A DNA stretch of 64,000 bases from Raillietiella orientalis (lineage: Eukaryota), in NCBI GenBank assembly GCA_036172245.1, contig JAYWIR010000026.1, positions 2,666,001 through 2,730,000 on the forward strand, written 5' to 3'. The translations under genes and the position numbers were made by a program. The notes beneath the pieces are model-generated. The model had not been told where the DNA came from, did no database searches, and was given only the letters and a program-made list of their open reading frames with translations. Shown piece after piece: positions 1 to 11,537 of the stretch (positions are counted from its first letter, which is position 1; each line of letters begins with the position of its first letter).

Positions 1-1940
1 CATCCACCTGTTGAGGACGCGAGCGAATGCTTGTCTCAGTTAGCAGCTTTGACTGCGATTTCGTTGCTGCACACCTCGCCTAACGCCAGGCGATCCTCCC
101 AGAGAAAGGAAGAGCGAGCTCCTTTCGGAGGAACGTCCACTCAACCCATCCTCGATTGGTGAGAAACCCAAAGCCTCGTCAGCATGGTTTGAGTGAGCCT
201 TGTTCGTACTCCGCGGAGAGCCACGTTTGTGGGATCGGAAAGCGATTCTCCACTTGTAGATCGGAAGGGCTCCTTTCCGCCCACCGAGCTGCGACGTGCG
301 CAGGAAACCGAATGAAGGAGCGTTTTGTATTGCTTTTGCAAAACGATGCGCTGTGAGATCCGCTGTTATAGCACGGAGCCACTGAATTGCTGAGGACGCA
401 CTCAAACCGTTCGCGGTACATAATCACTCCGCTTGCACAATAACCTGCAGGCAATGAAGATTTCTCCACGCAAAGTAGTTGATGTAGAATTGCTTCGACG
501 CAACCGGGGTGGAAGACGGGTGGGTTCACCTCTTTACTATCTGCAGGCAAAGTCTTCCAGTGTCGAGCCGACCAGGTTGCACCAGACCAGCGAACTGCCG
601 ACTTCGTGCGAGGCGACCAAAACTCTGCGCGATTTATCGTGCCTGGCCAGACCATTTTCCAAGATCGCTTCATCGTCCAGAGTCTTACTGGAGGCTGCAC
701 TCTGAGCGCTAAAGTGAAAGATAGCGTCGACACTGTTGTTTTCGCCACTCCCAACTTTCCAAAGAACTTTACAGCGAACACAACTTGCACTTTGGGTCTT
801 CTGGTAAGCAGCGGAGTTTGTGGTAGGGACGATCCACAACTTCCATTTAGCCAAACGACATGCGGAAATCACCGGAGAACGTCTTTGGGAGGTTTGATAC
901 CCGCTTCGAACTGGGAGAAGGAGGCATTCTGACTTTTGAGGACATCTTGCGCAGGAGAGAGTAAGATCCGTGTGTACCCATTCCTCGCTGCTGCCTGCTC
1001 GCTGCGTCCTGCTGGACCGCCTGCAACGCGATGGCACGCATGTCACTTGTGCTCCAAGGCCGCTCTCCGGAGACCTTTTCAGAGTCCGGGTTCAAGGAGA
1101 TTTGCCGACGTTTCCGTACGTGGAGCTGTTCCTACCCGCGACGATCACCTTCCAGGGTGCTGCACCCGCGCGTGGCTTCCAGCTCACCATGTGCAAGGTG
1201 CCCAACGCCTTCCAGGTTTCGTCGGATATTATGCTGGAGGCGAAAACGATCAACCCCGTCCTCGTAAAAGAACTGGCGGTTCCACAGAAAATGCTTTCCT
1301 TGCTCGTACGGGTACGTGGTGAGCGCATTCGCTGAACCGAATTGTGGTCACCTCGCTGGGTGTCCCTCGGGCGGAGATCCGCGGGCCCGCTGGAGAGAAG
1401 CTTCCGGTGGGCGCCTCCCCGCGCCGTCGCGGTCATTTAAACTTCAGCTGACGGACAGCCGAGAGGTGGTTCGCGCGCCTTGGGTTTCCAGCAACGAGTT
1501 CTCGCGTCGGCTCTTCTTTCTTCAAGAACCTCGTTGGTTGGGAAGTGCGTTCGTTGCTTCGCGCCTGGGTGCTGAAACTCGCTCTACGAGTTAATAGCGT
1601 CCGGTGGGCGGCGGTGTGGCCCTACTGCGATGCATTTCCATCTTCCGACTGAAATGACAGAGTGAGGGGCAATCACTTCTCTTTGTAGAAGTCGACTGCA
1701 TGCCGAGTTGTCATCGTCACCTTGTTCGACGTAAACATTAATTCCCACGAGAAGGTATCCATCGGCAAAAATGGGCAGAATCTTCCGCCCAGGGACATAC
1801 AGACCATCTCCGGTCCAAGCGAGGCCATCGTCACCGTGGTTTCCAATCAAGAGAAAGACATAATCTTGTTCTACTACACGGACAACAACGTGCGAGGAAT
1901 AGAAGGAAGCTTCACATTAGTGTACTCCTGCAGCGACTGA
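1..1940 (+). CDS. Secreted CUB-like domain protein, paralog A (multi-exon, 5' part outside the window; possibly a pseudogene)
   Basis: Exons homologous to copies B-D: AILPEKGRASSF.., ..CTLSAKVKDSVDTVVFATPNFPKNFTANTTCTL, ..ITFQGAAPARGFQLTMC, last exon ..IILFYYTDNNVRGIEGSFTLVYSC-SD-stop(1940), AATAAA at 1964. 'SPNFP.NY...C' and 'F.TD....GF...Y' are CUB hallmarks. The acceptor of a 35-nt intron reads TG (1345-1346) where the other copies have AG. Confidence 0.7.
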
Positions 1941-1963
1941 GGTTAACCTTAAGGATAGATCTC

Positions 1964-1969
1964 AATAAA
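1964..1969 (+). terminator. Polyadenylation signal AATAAA of CUB-like gene A
   Basis: AATAAA about 24 nt after the stop; present at the equivalent position in all four paralogs (14103, 52542, 63218). Confidence 0.7.
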
Positions 1970-2949
1970 GAGCTCCACGTTTTTATTTTAGGCCTAAGCA
2001 GGCTTAAAGGTTCAGTTTACTTCTCTAGCATTTTCGTAGAGGGTAGAGTTGCTTACGTCAAGTTGCTATGGAGACATGAGACAGGAAGGGGACTTTCGTG
2101 ATCTTTGTTCGCTCCACGGACATTTTGAGGAAGGCGCCAGAGGATTCCCCTAGGTGCAAAGCTCATGGGGTGATTCGTGATACCTTCGCCCGGCACTTTC
2201 CAAAGAGAAAAGCTGGGCTGTAGGACTGAGACCAACGATGGAGCCTCCAGCTTATTTCCTTCGGCATCCACGGATGAAGCAGCCATCCAAACGTTGCTCC
2301 TGTTTTGCAAGGTGTCCGGCCTCTCCATCACATGGCCTGCTAGCATTGTTCTTTCTTACTGGTAATAGGAGACCAGTCCAGATCTCCAGTTGCCATCGTT
2401 GTGGAAATCCGGCTACAGGGTGGTCTTCCCTAGGAATCCGTTCGTAAAGAATATTGCATTTGTTCCTTCGAAAGTGATCTGTGCAGCAAGCCCTCTGGTT
2501 AGGAGACGATGCCTTCCTGAAGGAGGAAAAGAAGGAGATGACCGGCATGCATAGCAAGTTGATGGATGGTTTGGAACGATGCCGCAGCGGTCTTTGTCCG
2601 CACTTTGCTTATCTTCATTTTGATTCCGCACCCTCATTTCGCTCCGTAACTTTCATGGTGCATTTGGTTTTCATCCCGGTGCACAGCAAGAAAAACCAAA
2701 GATCGCTATCTCTTTCCACTGCTGCCTGGTGTGCAAATGGGGCCAAGTGGCTGGCCTTCGAAGGCAGCGGATGGTGGAGAGGATGGCGCCTTTGCCGCTC
2801 CGACCTCGTTCGATCACGCTCCAAGCAGAAAAGGGCTGCTGACGATGCGGCTGGGGGCGAAGGAGCTTCAAAGCGCCCCTGGGATTGCTCCATGGCGTCC
2901 GCGGGGTCGTCATAAAAGCGCTCCAACAGGGGTCAGAGGGAAACAACAT

Positions 2950-5000
2950 CCCAAGAATCCAAGAAGGGTTCTAGAGGAACGAGCAGGGAGCCCCGAAGGA
3001 AACCTCTTCTTCCATGTTCTCTACTGGGAAAACGCCCCAAGGGGGAACGCTCCTCGTTTCTCCTCCCAAGGAAACCCGAAAAGGGTCCAGTGCTGGAGTT
3101 TCCTTTCCGAAGAGAACCCGCCAGAAAACCTTGGAGGAACGCTTCCCGTTTTTTCTGAGGGGCGCTTACCGATGGAAGCAGCGGGTTTCTTGACATTCTG
3201 GAAAGGCAACTCTCGAGGGAATAGCTCCACTGGCAGAACCAGAGAAGAACAACGAAGGGGTCAATGGTTCCAGGAAGGACCCCGAGGAGACAACTACCAC
3301 CCAGTCAACGGAAGTTTACGTGTTCCACTAGTGGCGCAACTGGAGCCCTAAAGGCTAACCAGAGTCATGCTGCAGGTGTGGCTCGAGGCCCTACCCCCGA
3401 TGCCCACTACTTCCCTCCCTTTTCGGCGTTGATCCTACCCCTGGCAGGATTCGAACCAGCGGCACGTGGCACCGCAGATATACGGCACAGACTACGGGCA
3501 GCCTCAATGGCGAGAAACTTGGGGTAGCGGCGCCTGTGAGTTGACGCTTCGTCCAGCCACATGGAGGTATTGTGGAATCAGCTTCACAGGAGACCTCCAA
3601 TCCTGTAAATGGACGACTGCCAGGTGGGTCCCTCACAGGAAGAAAAAGGAACGCTGCGGAAAGAGAGGTCCTTCATGCCCAAGAAGCCGCACCGTTCTCT
3701 CTGGTCATGGGGTAGACAGAGATCAAAGGCAAGCAGTTGATCCAAAAGAAGCCGGCAGGGTCACGCGATTCACAGGCAGCAGGCGGAGAGGAAAAACGTG
3801 TCGCGCGCGCAACGGCTGCGTGATCCTCGTGTATTTCGGCTTCTTGCAGCCGATCCCGGTTCGCCGATGGCATGACGCGTAGGGCGGCCGGGTGGTCCGG
3901 CGTCGGGAGGGCGCGTTGCGCGAAAGGTGAGAGCCGCTTGAGAGACCGTCCGGTTCGCCACCTGGGAGACGGAGCGCGAAGTCCACTTTCGTCCTTCCCG
4001 CGCGCATTCAGAGCGGCACATCCCCGCGGTCTGCGCGGAACGATGCCTGCGAACGTCCACGCAAGGCGCAGAAGTGGCGTAGCTGCTTACGTGCGCGAGT
4101 CTCTGGCCGGGGGCGTCGCGCGCTGCCGACGGAACGGAGACGCCGTCGCCTTCGGCACTTGGAAGCGTTCCTATGCAGCGTATCCTGACTACGCGCAATG
4201 GACGCGTATGCGTGTGCTCTGTAGTGTCCGCTGGCGCTGTTCCGCCTTCCAGTCGACCAGGGGTTTCTCCGTGCCCACTGCTGTGTAACCCGGAAGCTCG
4301 GCAGGTCGATCTGTGGCTCGCACCTGTGTGAGGGGACTGCTGCGGCGAGGCACGTGACTGTCCCTGCGTACGGCATTGTGGTCACAAACCTTGGATGTTG
4401 CACGGATCGGGTAGTGTTGAGTTGGAGGGAGAAAAGCAATAGGGTAAAGGAACGAACTGCACGACCTGCGCGTCCACGCACCCACTGCTAGGTGCTGGCG
4501 CTTGCAGACCAGCTGGACGATCTACGTTTGCCCCGCCAGGAGGTGACCTAGCTGACGCTAGGCAGAACTTGAGACCCTCACACGTTCGGGGCCCACTACT
4601 CTTTAGGAAGACATCTGCCGCTCCAGACGCTCCCAGGAAAATCTACCAGGTACGCTTCGCTGAATTATGGGTCATCGATGTCCTTCACGGCCAAATGCTC
4701 AGGGAGACCCCAGCTCCCTACGGCATCTCGCGAGAGATATCCGCCTAGCGTGGCGACATCTGATAGAAGATGTTCCGACGGACCCGCCACGTGAATTCCA
4801 TCTGCAACCAAGACGCTGACGTTAAGTGCACGTGGTGTTCCTTGGAGTGTGTCCGTGCTGTCTCGGTGCCGATGGGAGGAAAATCACGCCCATCCTCCCG
4901 CTGGTTGATCATGGGGACCCGCACACCTGTGAGAGACTCAGCGGCATCATCAGAGAAGCGCCCGCGTGACTGAGTAACTCGAAGGGCACCTCCCTCTCAT
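2950..5000 (+). mobile_element. Decayed, internally deleted non-LTR retrotransposon (L1/Tx1-like)
   Basis: In order: ~40-bp 5' monomers (2980-3125), degenerate ORF1 knuckle (RPATWRYCG..SC), endonuclease-like RRRSGVAAYVRESL (~4065-4105), C-terminal LAWRHLIEDVPT..SICNQDADVK..ECV resembling the zf-RVT finger (~4745-4860). Many stops and frameshifts. Confidence 0.5.
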
Positions 5001-6589
5001 TCTCAGAAAGGAACCACCGGACAAATGGGATCACGTTTCTTCTTCAGCCTTCCCTTCCCAACAAACATGAGAAGCAGCGCACCACGGGGCCGTACGGACC
5101 TTTCCCATCTCAAGGGCCTGAAAAGTGCTCAGGGGACTCCTGGGTGGGATGGTGTGCGGTTCCCTCCCAGAAGGACTACCGTGGGTGCAGCAGACCAGAG
5201 TTTCCATGCTTGCGCCCATACGTCCGCCCGATGCGATTGCTCAGAGCACCGGAAGTTAGTGCGAACTATTCATCTCTGGACCGGTTGATTGCAGGGGTTG
5301 CAGTTCCTTTGAAATCTTCCCGTTGCCTAGGTCGCGAGAAATGCTGCTACCACAGTTGGCGCCGGCGTGGACACTGGCGTCGCAGAGGAGGTGCACTCGG
5401 TCAAGCTTTTGTTTGTTTCTCTTCTTGAAGGGTGACAGGGACGAGCAACCCCTCCGAAAGAACGGGTACGGAGAGCGGAACCCCTCACCGGTGAACCGCC
5501 TCCGTTTTGAAGATGGAGCAGGAGCCCTCACGGGCACCTCTCCAGTTGTTCAAAAGAGGGGACCCCCCTGTTGCGGAGGTCCCTTTAAGTCGTCGCCTCT
5601 TCACAGAGTTCACAAGGAGGCAGGCGAGAGAGGTTCCCTGGGGGAAGCTGCAGAGTCCCTTTTGAGTTTCGGGAGCGTCGCTTCGGGGTTCTCTTCAGAG
5701 GAATGAGCAGGAGCGGTTCCCTTGCGGGTTCCCTCCGGAGAAGAAATTCCTAGAAGCGGATCCTTTCCGGGTTCCCTTCGTAGACAACCAGGGTGATAGG
5801 TGCGATCCCCCCCTCCGGAGGGATCCCTTCCCAAGCGTGAGAGGAACAGGATCGGAGACCTTCCTGGATTCATAGGGCGGACCCCCATTCCGCCATGCTG
5901 AAGAATTACACGCCCCCTGAGGGTTGCCGCGAGCGGAGAGGCGTGAAAAAAAAAGTGTGTTAATGTTTTAAAAGATACATGTGCTCCGCGAGGCACGCGA
6001 CCGGCTCTGAAGTACTTAGCGAACCAAAAAAAAGGGAACTCTTAAAAAGAAAAGCTGGAAGGAAAACAGTGAAGACAGAAGAAAAGGAAGAACCCAAGGA
6101 TTTCCATCGTCCTAAAAAAAGAAGAACAATTTCGTGGAGTAGCGCGAGGTTGCGGTCACCTAGCATCAACGGCGAAGGTCGGAGGCTGGGAAGATGACCC
6201 CGCGGAAGATTGGCGCTCCCGGTGCTCCGTCGTCTCTCTATCCGATTTGCTTCACGGACCGCTGTCACGTTGGGCAGTATCTCATAAGCCGCATGCTCAG
6301 AGGGTGGCTGGGAAACGCCTCTCCGCAGACGCCCATTTTCGGGAGGAGCGGGTTGCTACCGTTCCTTCTTGGCGAGCGCGGCTAGAACCGATCTTAGGGT
6401 CAGCAATCCGACAGGATGTGGAGGTTTCTGAAAGGTGGTCACTGTGTAGACCCGGACAAAGAGACTGCTCCGGAGAGTTGCATCGCGCGTTCAGGCAGGT
6501 CCTGGTTTCCCCCCTCAGGCATGAACGGAGCGTTCCACGGCGACCTGGATGGGTGCGGCCTGGAAAGACGAACTAACTCGATCTGAATT

Positions 6590-7240
6590 GCACCTGAGAG
6601 AGAATTCCGAAGGGAGCTACTATCTTGTTCCTTGCAGGAGAACCACCGGGTTTGTCGAGTTCGCTCCAGATTTCTTCTTTGGAGGGACTTCCCAGAAAGG
6701 ATCGCTGCTGGTTTCCTCTTCTGAGGAGAACCCAGAAGGGACGCTTGCTCATTTCCGTGAACGGCGCTCACCGAAGGGGGCAGCGCGCTCCTTACACTCT
6801 GCAGAGATAACGGCTTCATGGATCGCGATGGAGAGTCCCCCTGCTTTCTCGAGGACAGATGCGGCTGCAATTGCACAAGCGGGGTGTCAACTTCCAATCA
6901 CAGTAAGTCACGGCTCCTACCAATGCCAGTTTGGAGGCCGTGGGTCAACAGCGTCATCCTGCAGAGGTTGACTCGAAACTGCGACGTACCCTACCCGACG
7001 TACCGGCGTCGATGCTTCTCCGAACGGTCTTTGAACCCGCGACTTGTGGTACGACCGACGCCACACAAGCGCGCAGGCGCAAGGAACTTTCTCAACGCTT
7101 GCGCTCGATCCTGGGACGAGCCGCGGGTGTTGCAGGTGCTGGAGGATCGAATTTCCCCGGTGCCAAGCGGTAGACCGCCGTGCTTTCCGGCAAACGTGAT
7201 GGTGGCCAAGTGCAGCTTCAACGATCCTGGACCCTAACAT
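6590..7240 (+). mobile_element. Decayed LINE 5' end/ORF1 fragment
   Basis: Same ~40-bp monomers, then sequence alignable by eye to 3290-3500 and 16225-16570. Translation EPRVLQVLEDRISPVPSGRPPCF..VAKC resembles the Tx1-type ORF1 'P..L.V...I.V..GRPP.C..C..GH.AK.C' region. Duplicated at 44505-45152. Confidence 0.45.
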
Positions 7241-7263
7241 CCATCTGGCGAAGATCCGGTTCT

Positions 7264-9293
7264 CTAGGTCGGCATCTCGGCCGCGAGTGAGTTAGAAATC
7301 CTCCAGTAGCACCCTGCTGCCGACGGTGCCTCACAAAACTTATCGCATTTGAACTGCGGCTGGACGGCACACGCAGCTGTCAACAGGTTACACAAAATAA
7401 AAGGACCACAGATGCAGAAGTGCCGTACGAGAGGCACCTTCGTCGCGAACGAGTTCCTCGATGTACGCAGCTCGTTTTCGGACAGCATGTGCATGTCCAC
7501 TCGTTGAGCAACAGCTCACTGAGTTCCAAAGGGATGAGAGCACGTGACGACTACTTCCAGTAGCTGGCAGAGATTCCCCCAGGGAAACGCGATCCAGGTG
7601 GTACCCCGTTCGTGTGCAGTAGGAAGGTTAAAAGTCTTTTGCGTGTTTTTCGACAGTTCATCCGGTCCATAGATCTCTATGTCATGGTCCATCCCTGCAG
7701 CAGCCATTCTTGATCGCGGTACGAACAGCAAACAGAGACTGCATCCTCCATGAGAAGCCCGCTCACGAAGGTAGGAGGACGTCGAGGAGCACATGTAGGA
7801 TCGCAAGGAAGACCCGCTAATCGGATTTCTCACCCTTCACCCTCCGGTCACGCCGAGACGTTTGTTCAGAAAACAACAAACCCACACGAAAGAAGTGGTA
7901 GATCAGGTGATCCCACCACGGTTACTTTTACACGGGAAGGCTACCGTGGTGCCCTTGTGGGGAATTGGGAGAATTAAGAGAATTAAAGATGAAATGGAAC
8001 AAAAAAATGAAAAAACACCGATGGGAACGGGATGGAACCACAGTCTGCCTGGAGGCTTCCACAGGATCTCTTCTAGGAGGGCAGCAAATACCAACTATAT
8101 CTTGTTGCCGGATGGAGCAATCTGGATGCCAATCGCGGGAAGCGAACGGCGGACTGGCAAGCATTCCTTCCGTCTGGTTCCAGGATCTCACTGAGAGAAT
8201 CGGTGCTGCTGTGCCATGATGTCGTCTCGAGCACCATGAGCATCCAAAAGATCGGACTGTAGCTGTAGTTCCGAAATTTAGACTTCTTGAGCCAAATTGA
8301 GGACTAAGTCATGGACCCGTCAGTGGCGTGCTCCCGCTCTCCACTTGCTCTGCCCGGGAGCATAGAAATCCTTTCGCCGCAGCCGCGCTGCGGGCAGAGG
8401 ATGGCTGATCTCGGATACTGCCTGAGACATCCTCTCCACAGCCCTCTAAAAACATCCTTTGATCTCCCGCCTCCCACAAAACTGGGATGACTGGAAACTG
8501 CACTCATTAGGGCCCTTGGTCCCCGTTCTCGAAGTGCTCACCATGGAGTGAAACTGCATGATGGCTATGCTAGAGCAAGGCCTGTGCGTTCATTCACTTT
8601 GGCCGCTTATGGCCTCAGCTAATGTGATATATCAACGTAGTGGAACGCAACATTTCCTGGAGACGCAATTCATGGTTGTCCATCCAGGAACGAGTTGTCA
8701 CAGTAGGAGAGCACTGCAGCTGCAAAGCGTTTAGAAGTGCCTCACAAGACACTGCAATTTGGATGTGTTCGAGTAATCACTGCGAAGCTGGTGAAGACCT
8801 GGGCGTTAGTCCAATCGTTGTGCGAAGACGACGTCTCGCTGGCGCTCCTTGAACGGTTAGAAGTCTCTTATTTCTGAGTGGCCAACCCAGAAAAAACAGC
8901 CACGTATATCTGGTCAATGATCCAGACACATAGCAGTACCTTCCCGAAGGCGTGAAGCATTCGAATGGAAACATTCGAAGAATTTGCACAGGAGAAGGAA
9001 GCCGTTCCACGAGAACAGAGACCGAAAGTCAAGCAGTAGGTTGTAGAAGACGCAACTGGAAAATAGTAACTTGATGGCCGTCGAGAAGGCATTGCCGGAA
9101 CGTAGCCAGCCGAGGAGATTGACAGATGGCCCAAACGGCAGACGTCCCGGCAGATGCAGTTGGTGTGCGGAAGGTGTTCGACCACGTCAACCAAGAATTC
9201 CATCGGAAGCTCCAACAGGTTTTGTGACTTCCGAAGCATTTGCCATGACGTCGATCTTTGGCTGGTGCACGCGTTCAACGAGGTTGCCTCCAT
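7264..9293 (-). CDS. F-box-like protein with possible beta-propeller/WD-like C-terminal exons, copy 1 (multi-exon)
   Basis: ATG at 9293 gives MEATSLNA..NLLELPMEFLVDVVEHLPHTNCICRDVCR, matching the F-box pattern L..LP.E.L..I...L....VCR. Downstream exon AAGMDHDIEIY..LPTAHERGTTWIAF is WD-like. Exon structure and 3' end only partly resolved. Confidence 0.5.
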
Positions 9294-11537
9294 CTGTCGC
9301 CACGAGCGCGCCGCATCCGAGTGAAGCGAAATACTGCAAGGAAGGCCACGCTCTCCCACGGTCTTTAGCATTTTATAGAGATGCTAAACTGTCAGATGGG
9401 ACCATTTGCGGAGCCCCCTCTGCTCCACGTGAGCTTCGGTGGCATTCGTAAAGGACCCGCTTCTCCTGCTGCTTGTGATGACGGTTGTGCCGGCACTCTG
9501 GACATTCCACGGTTGATGTCCCTGAGAGCAAAATAGCTCGCAGACGGAAGGAAATCCGAGCGCTGCCATCGGCAATCCCTGTCAACTCTGTGGCCAGCGC
9601 AGGTGTTTTTGCAGAAAGTGACTGCGAAGCTTTCCTCCGAGAATTTTCTCGTGTGGGCGGAAAAACTGCGGGCAGAGAAAACTGCAGACTTTCTGCAATG
9701 CAGGGCATTGCAACCTTCTGAATCGACGAGGTGAAGGTGAGTCGCCACTCATCAGGGAATATTGCCACGGACGCGTTCCGTGCACAGGCGGAGCCTTTGA
9801 CTTCGCTCAAGGTTTCACTTCACGCTGTGCCTGTACGCCACAGGCCTTTTTCCTGTGAAAAGAGACGTTGATCAGAATGTCAAGCTAGAATCTGGCCAGG
9901 AAGCCCGCGCACTCCTGGAGTTCGAGAAGAATGTCCCTTTGGACCCACTTCGAAGCGTAATGAGGGTGGAATGATATCTTGAGGGGCCTTCGCTTGTCTT
10001 GTACATCCACTACGCGAGTAGAGGAACGTGAAACTTCCGTCTCTCGAATTCTACACCTGAGTGCCTCTCGAAGAACATACAGCCAAAAAAAAGTTTCTCT
10101 CTCGGACTCCAAAGAGTACAGCAAAGACACGCTGCGGATTGAGGATGAATGGTGCCATCCTTCGGGATCGTTCAGCTCAGAGTTTCAATAGCAGCTGTTC
10201 ATCAGATCTTCACACAGCTATCAGACGCGTTCTGCTCACTTTTCCGTGTGTCACCTTCGTAAAGGAAGAGACGCACCCTAGCTGATAGGAAAGAGAAGGG
10301 CGCGTCTCGTGTTTTAAGGATCAGAGAAGCGATGGTCAGCACAGAAATGTAAGCTCTGCCACGAAGTGTTGATGAAATTCCGCGTGCGGTGCTTCAGGAT
10401 TTCTTGAATTCCCCACAGGAAAGACGTTGTGGACGATGCGGGGCTGGGATATGGTTTTGCCGATACGTGGGACCCCCAAGGATGCCAACCAAAAACAGTG
10501 CTTTCGGACTTGCAGAGCTTGCAGGGCGTGCGTCGAACCGTTCCCAATATGGCTTCCTCCATGCGTCCACCGGAAAAAGCCCAGAAAGGAACGGAGAGCG
10601 CGCGCGCGCAGGATGGGCGCGAGAAGGGAACGGAAATCGCTCTCCCCTGCTGATGCTGGCCGTGCAGAGCTGCTCCTTCCCTGCATTGCTGGTTGGCATG
10701 GGCGCTTCATCACATGAACAGTCTGCACGGAAGGGCGAAGTGGGAGGAAGAGTGAGGGCCCTCTTGTCCCTGGAAGCGCTTTTCTCCAGGAAACCATAGT
10801 CGCGCTCTTCCGTGGATGCTCGTGGAGACCCGGAAGCTCCTGCAGTACGGAGGGATGCCGACGGTGAGATCTCGGGCACACGAGGGGGGATCTTGTCCAC
10901 CCTCATCCAGTAGACTCAGCGCAATGACGGTGGATCCTGGTCCGGCCGACCGAGACCTCGAATACCTTGAGGACGCTTGGTGGATACCGCGGCGCAACAA
11001 GAAGGCTTGTGAAGAAGATGACCCCGTTAAGCCGGTGCTGCTGTTCGGGAACACCAAGCAGTCGGCGGCGGAAGAAATGCATACGGCTGTCTGCCGAAGA
11101 GCGGCCGGAACGCGAAACGAATGGTTTCGGCGTGATATTTGCAAGTATGGAATTTTCCTCGCAACGTAAGCCTTGAGATGACATCTGGTGCCATTCCAAA
11201 AAAAGATGTTATCCGTACGAGTAAGGAGGGAAAAGGTTCGTCAGAGCCCTTGGAATACCAACACGCAAAGCAGACAGGTGATCTTGTGCAGTAAGTGTGC
11301 ACATCCCGAAGAGGCGGGATATCTTTGATTGCTACTTCTGCCGAAGACCGCTGCCAGGCAAAAGCATCCACCATGCGCACGGTTTGCCAAGGCGCGACGC
11401 CTAATAACGGCTGTCCCACACGCTAACCACGTTTCGAAAATATTTATAAATCTCGGCAATGTTTTCAGCTCTGAAGTGAAATGCAGTTCTTTTCTGTGCA
11501 TTCCAAGGAAGTTGGTGCTGTGTGGAAAGGCGGCGAC

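Noticed and set aside
446..455. GC donor after CTGCAG in the CUB-like genes
   Set aside because: Better explained as the acceptor of a 35-nt GT-AG intron (e.g. 50503-50537).
2980..3125. CRISPR-like array
   Set aside because: Units are degenerate contiguous monomers without unique spacers, in intron-containing DNA with no cas genes.
3435..3501. Intact tRNA gene
   Set aside because: Only the T-arm is convincing; D-arm and anticodon arm do not fold and the length is short. Kept only as a tRNA-like motif finding.
6810..7240. Protein-kinase-like words on the minus strand (SILQHLQHPRLV, LHRD; also EVAIKD near 11330)
   Set aside because: No DFG/APE, frameshifts are needed to join the motifs, and the plus-strand frame fits a LINE ORF1 knuckle region better.
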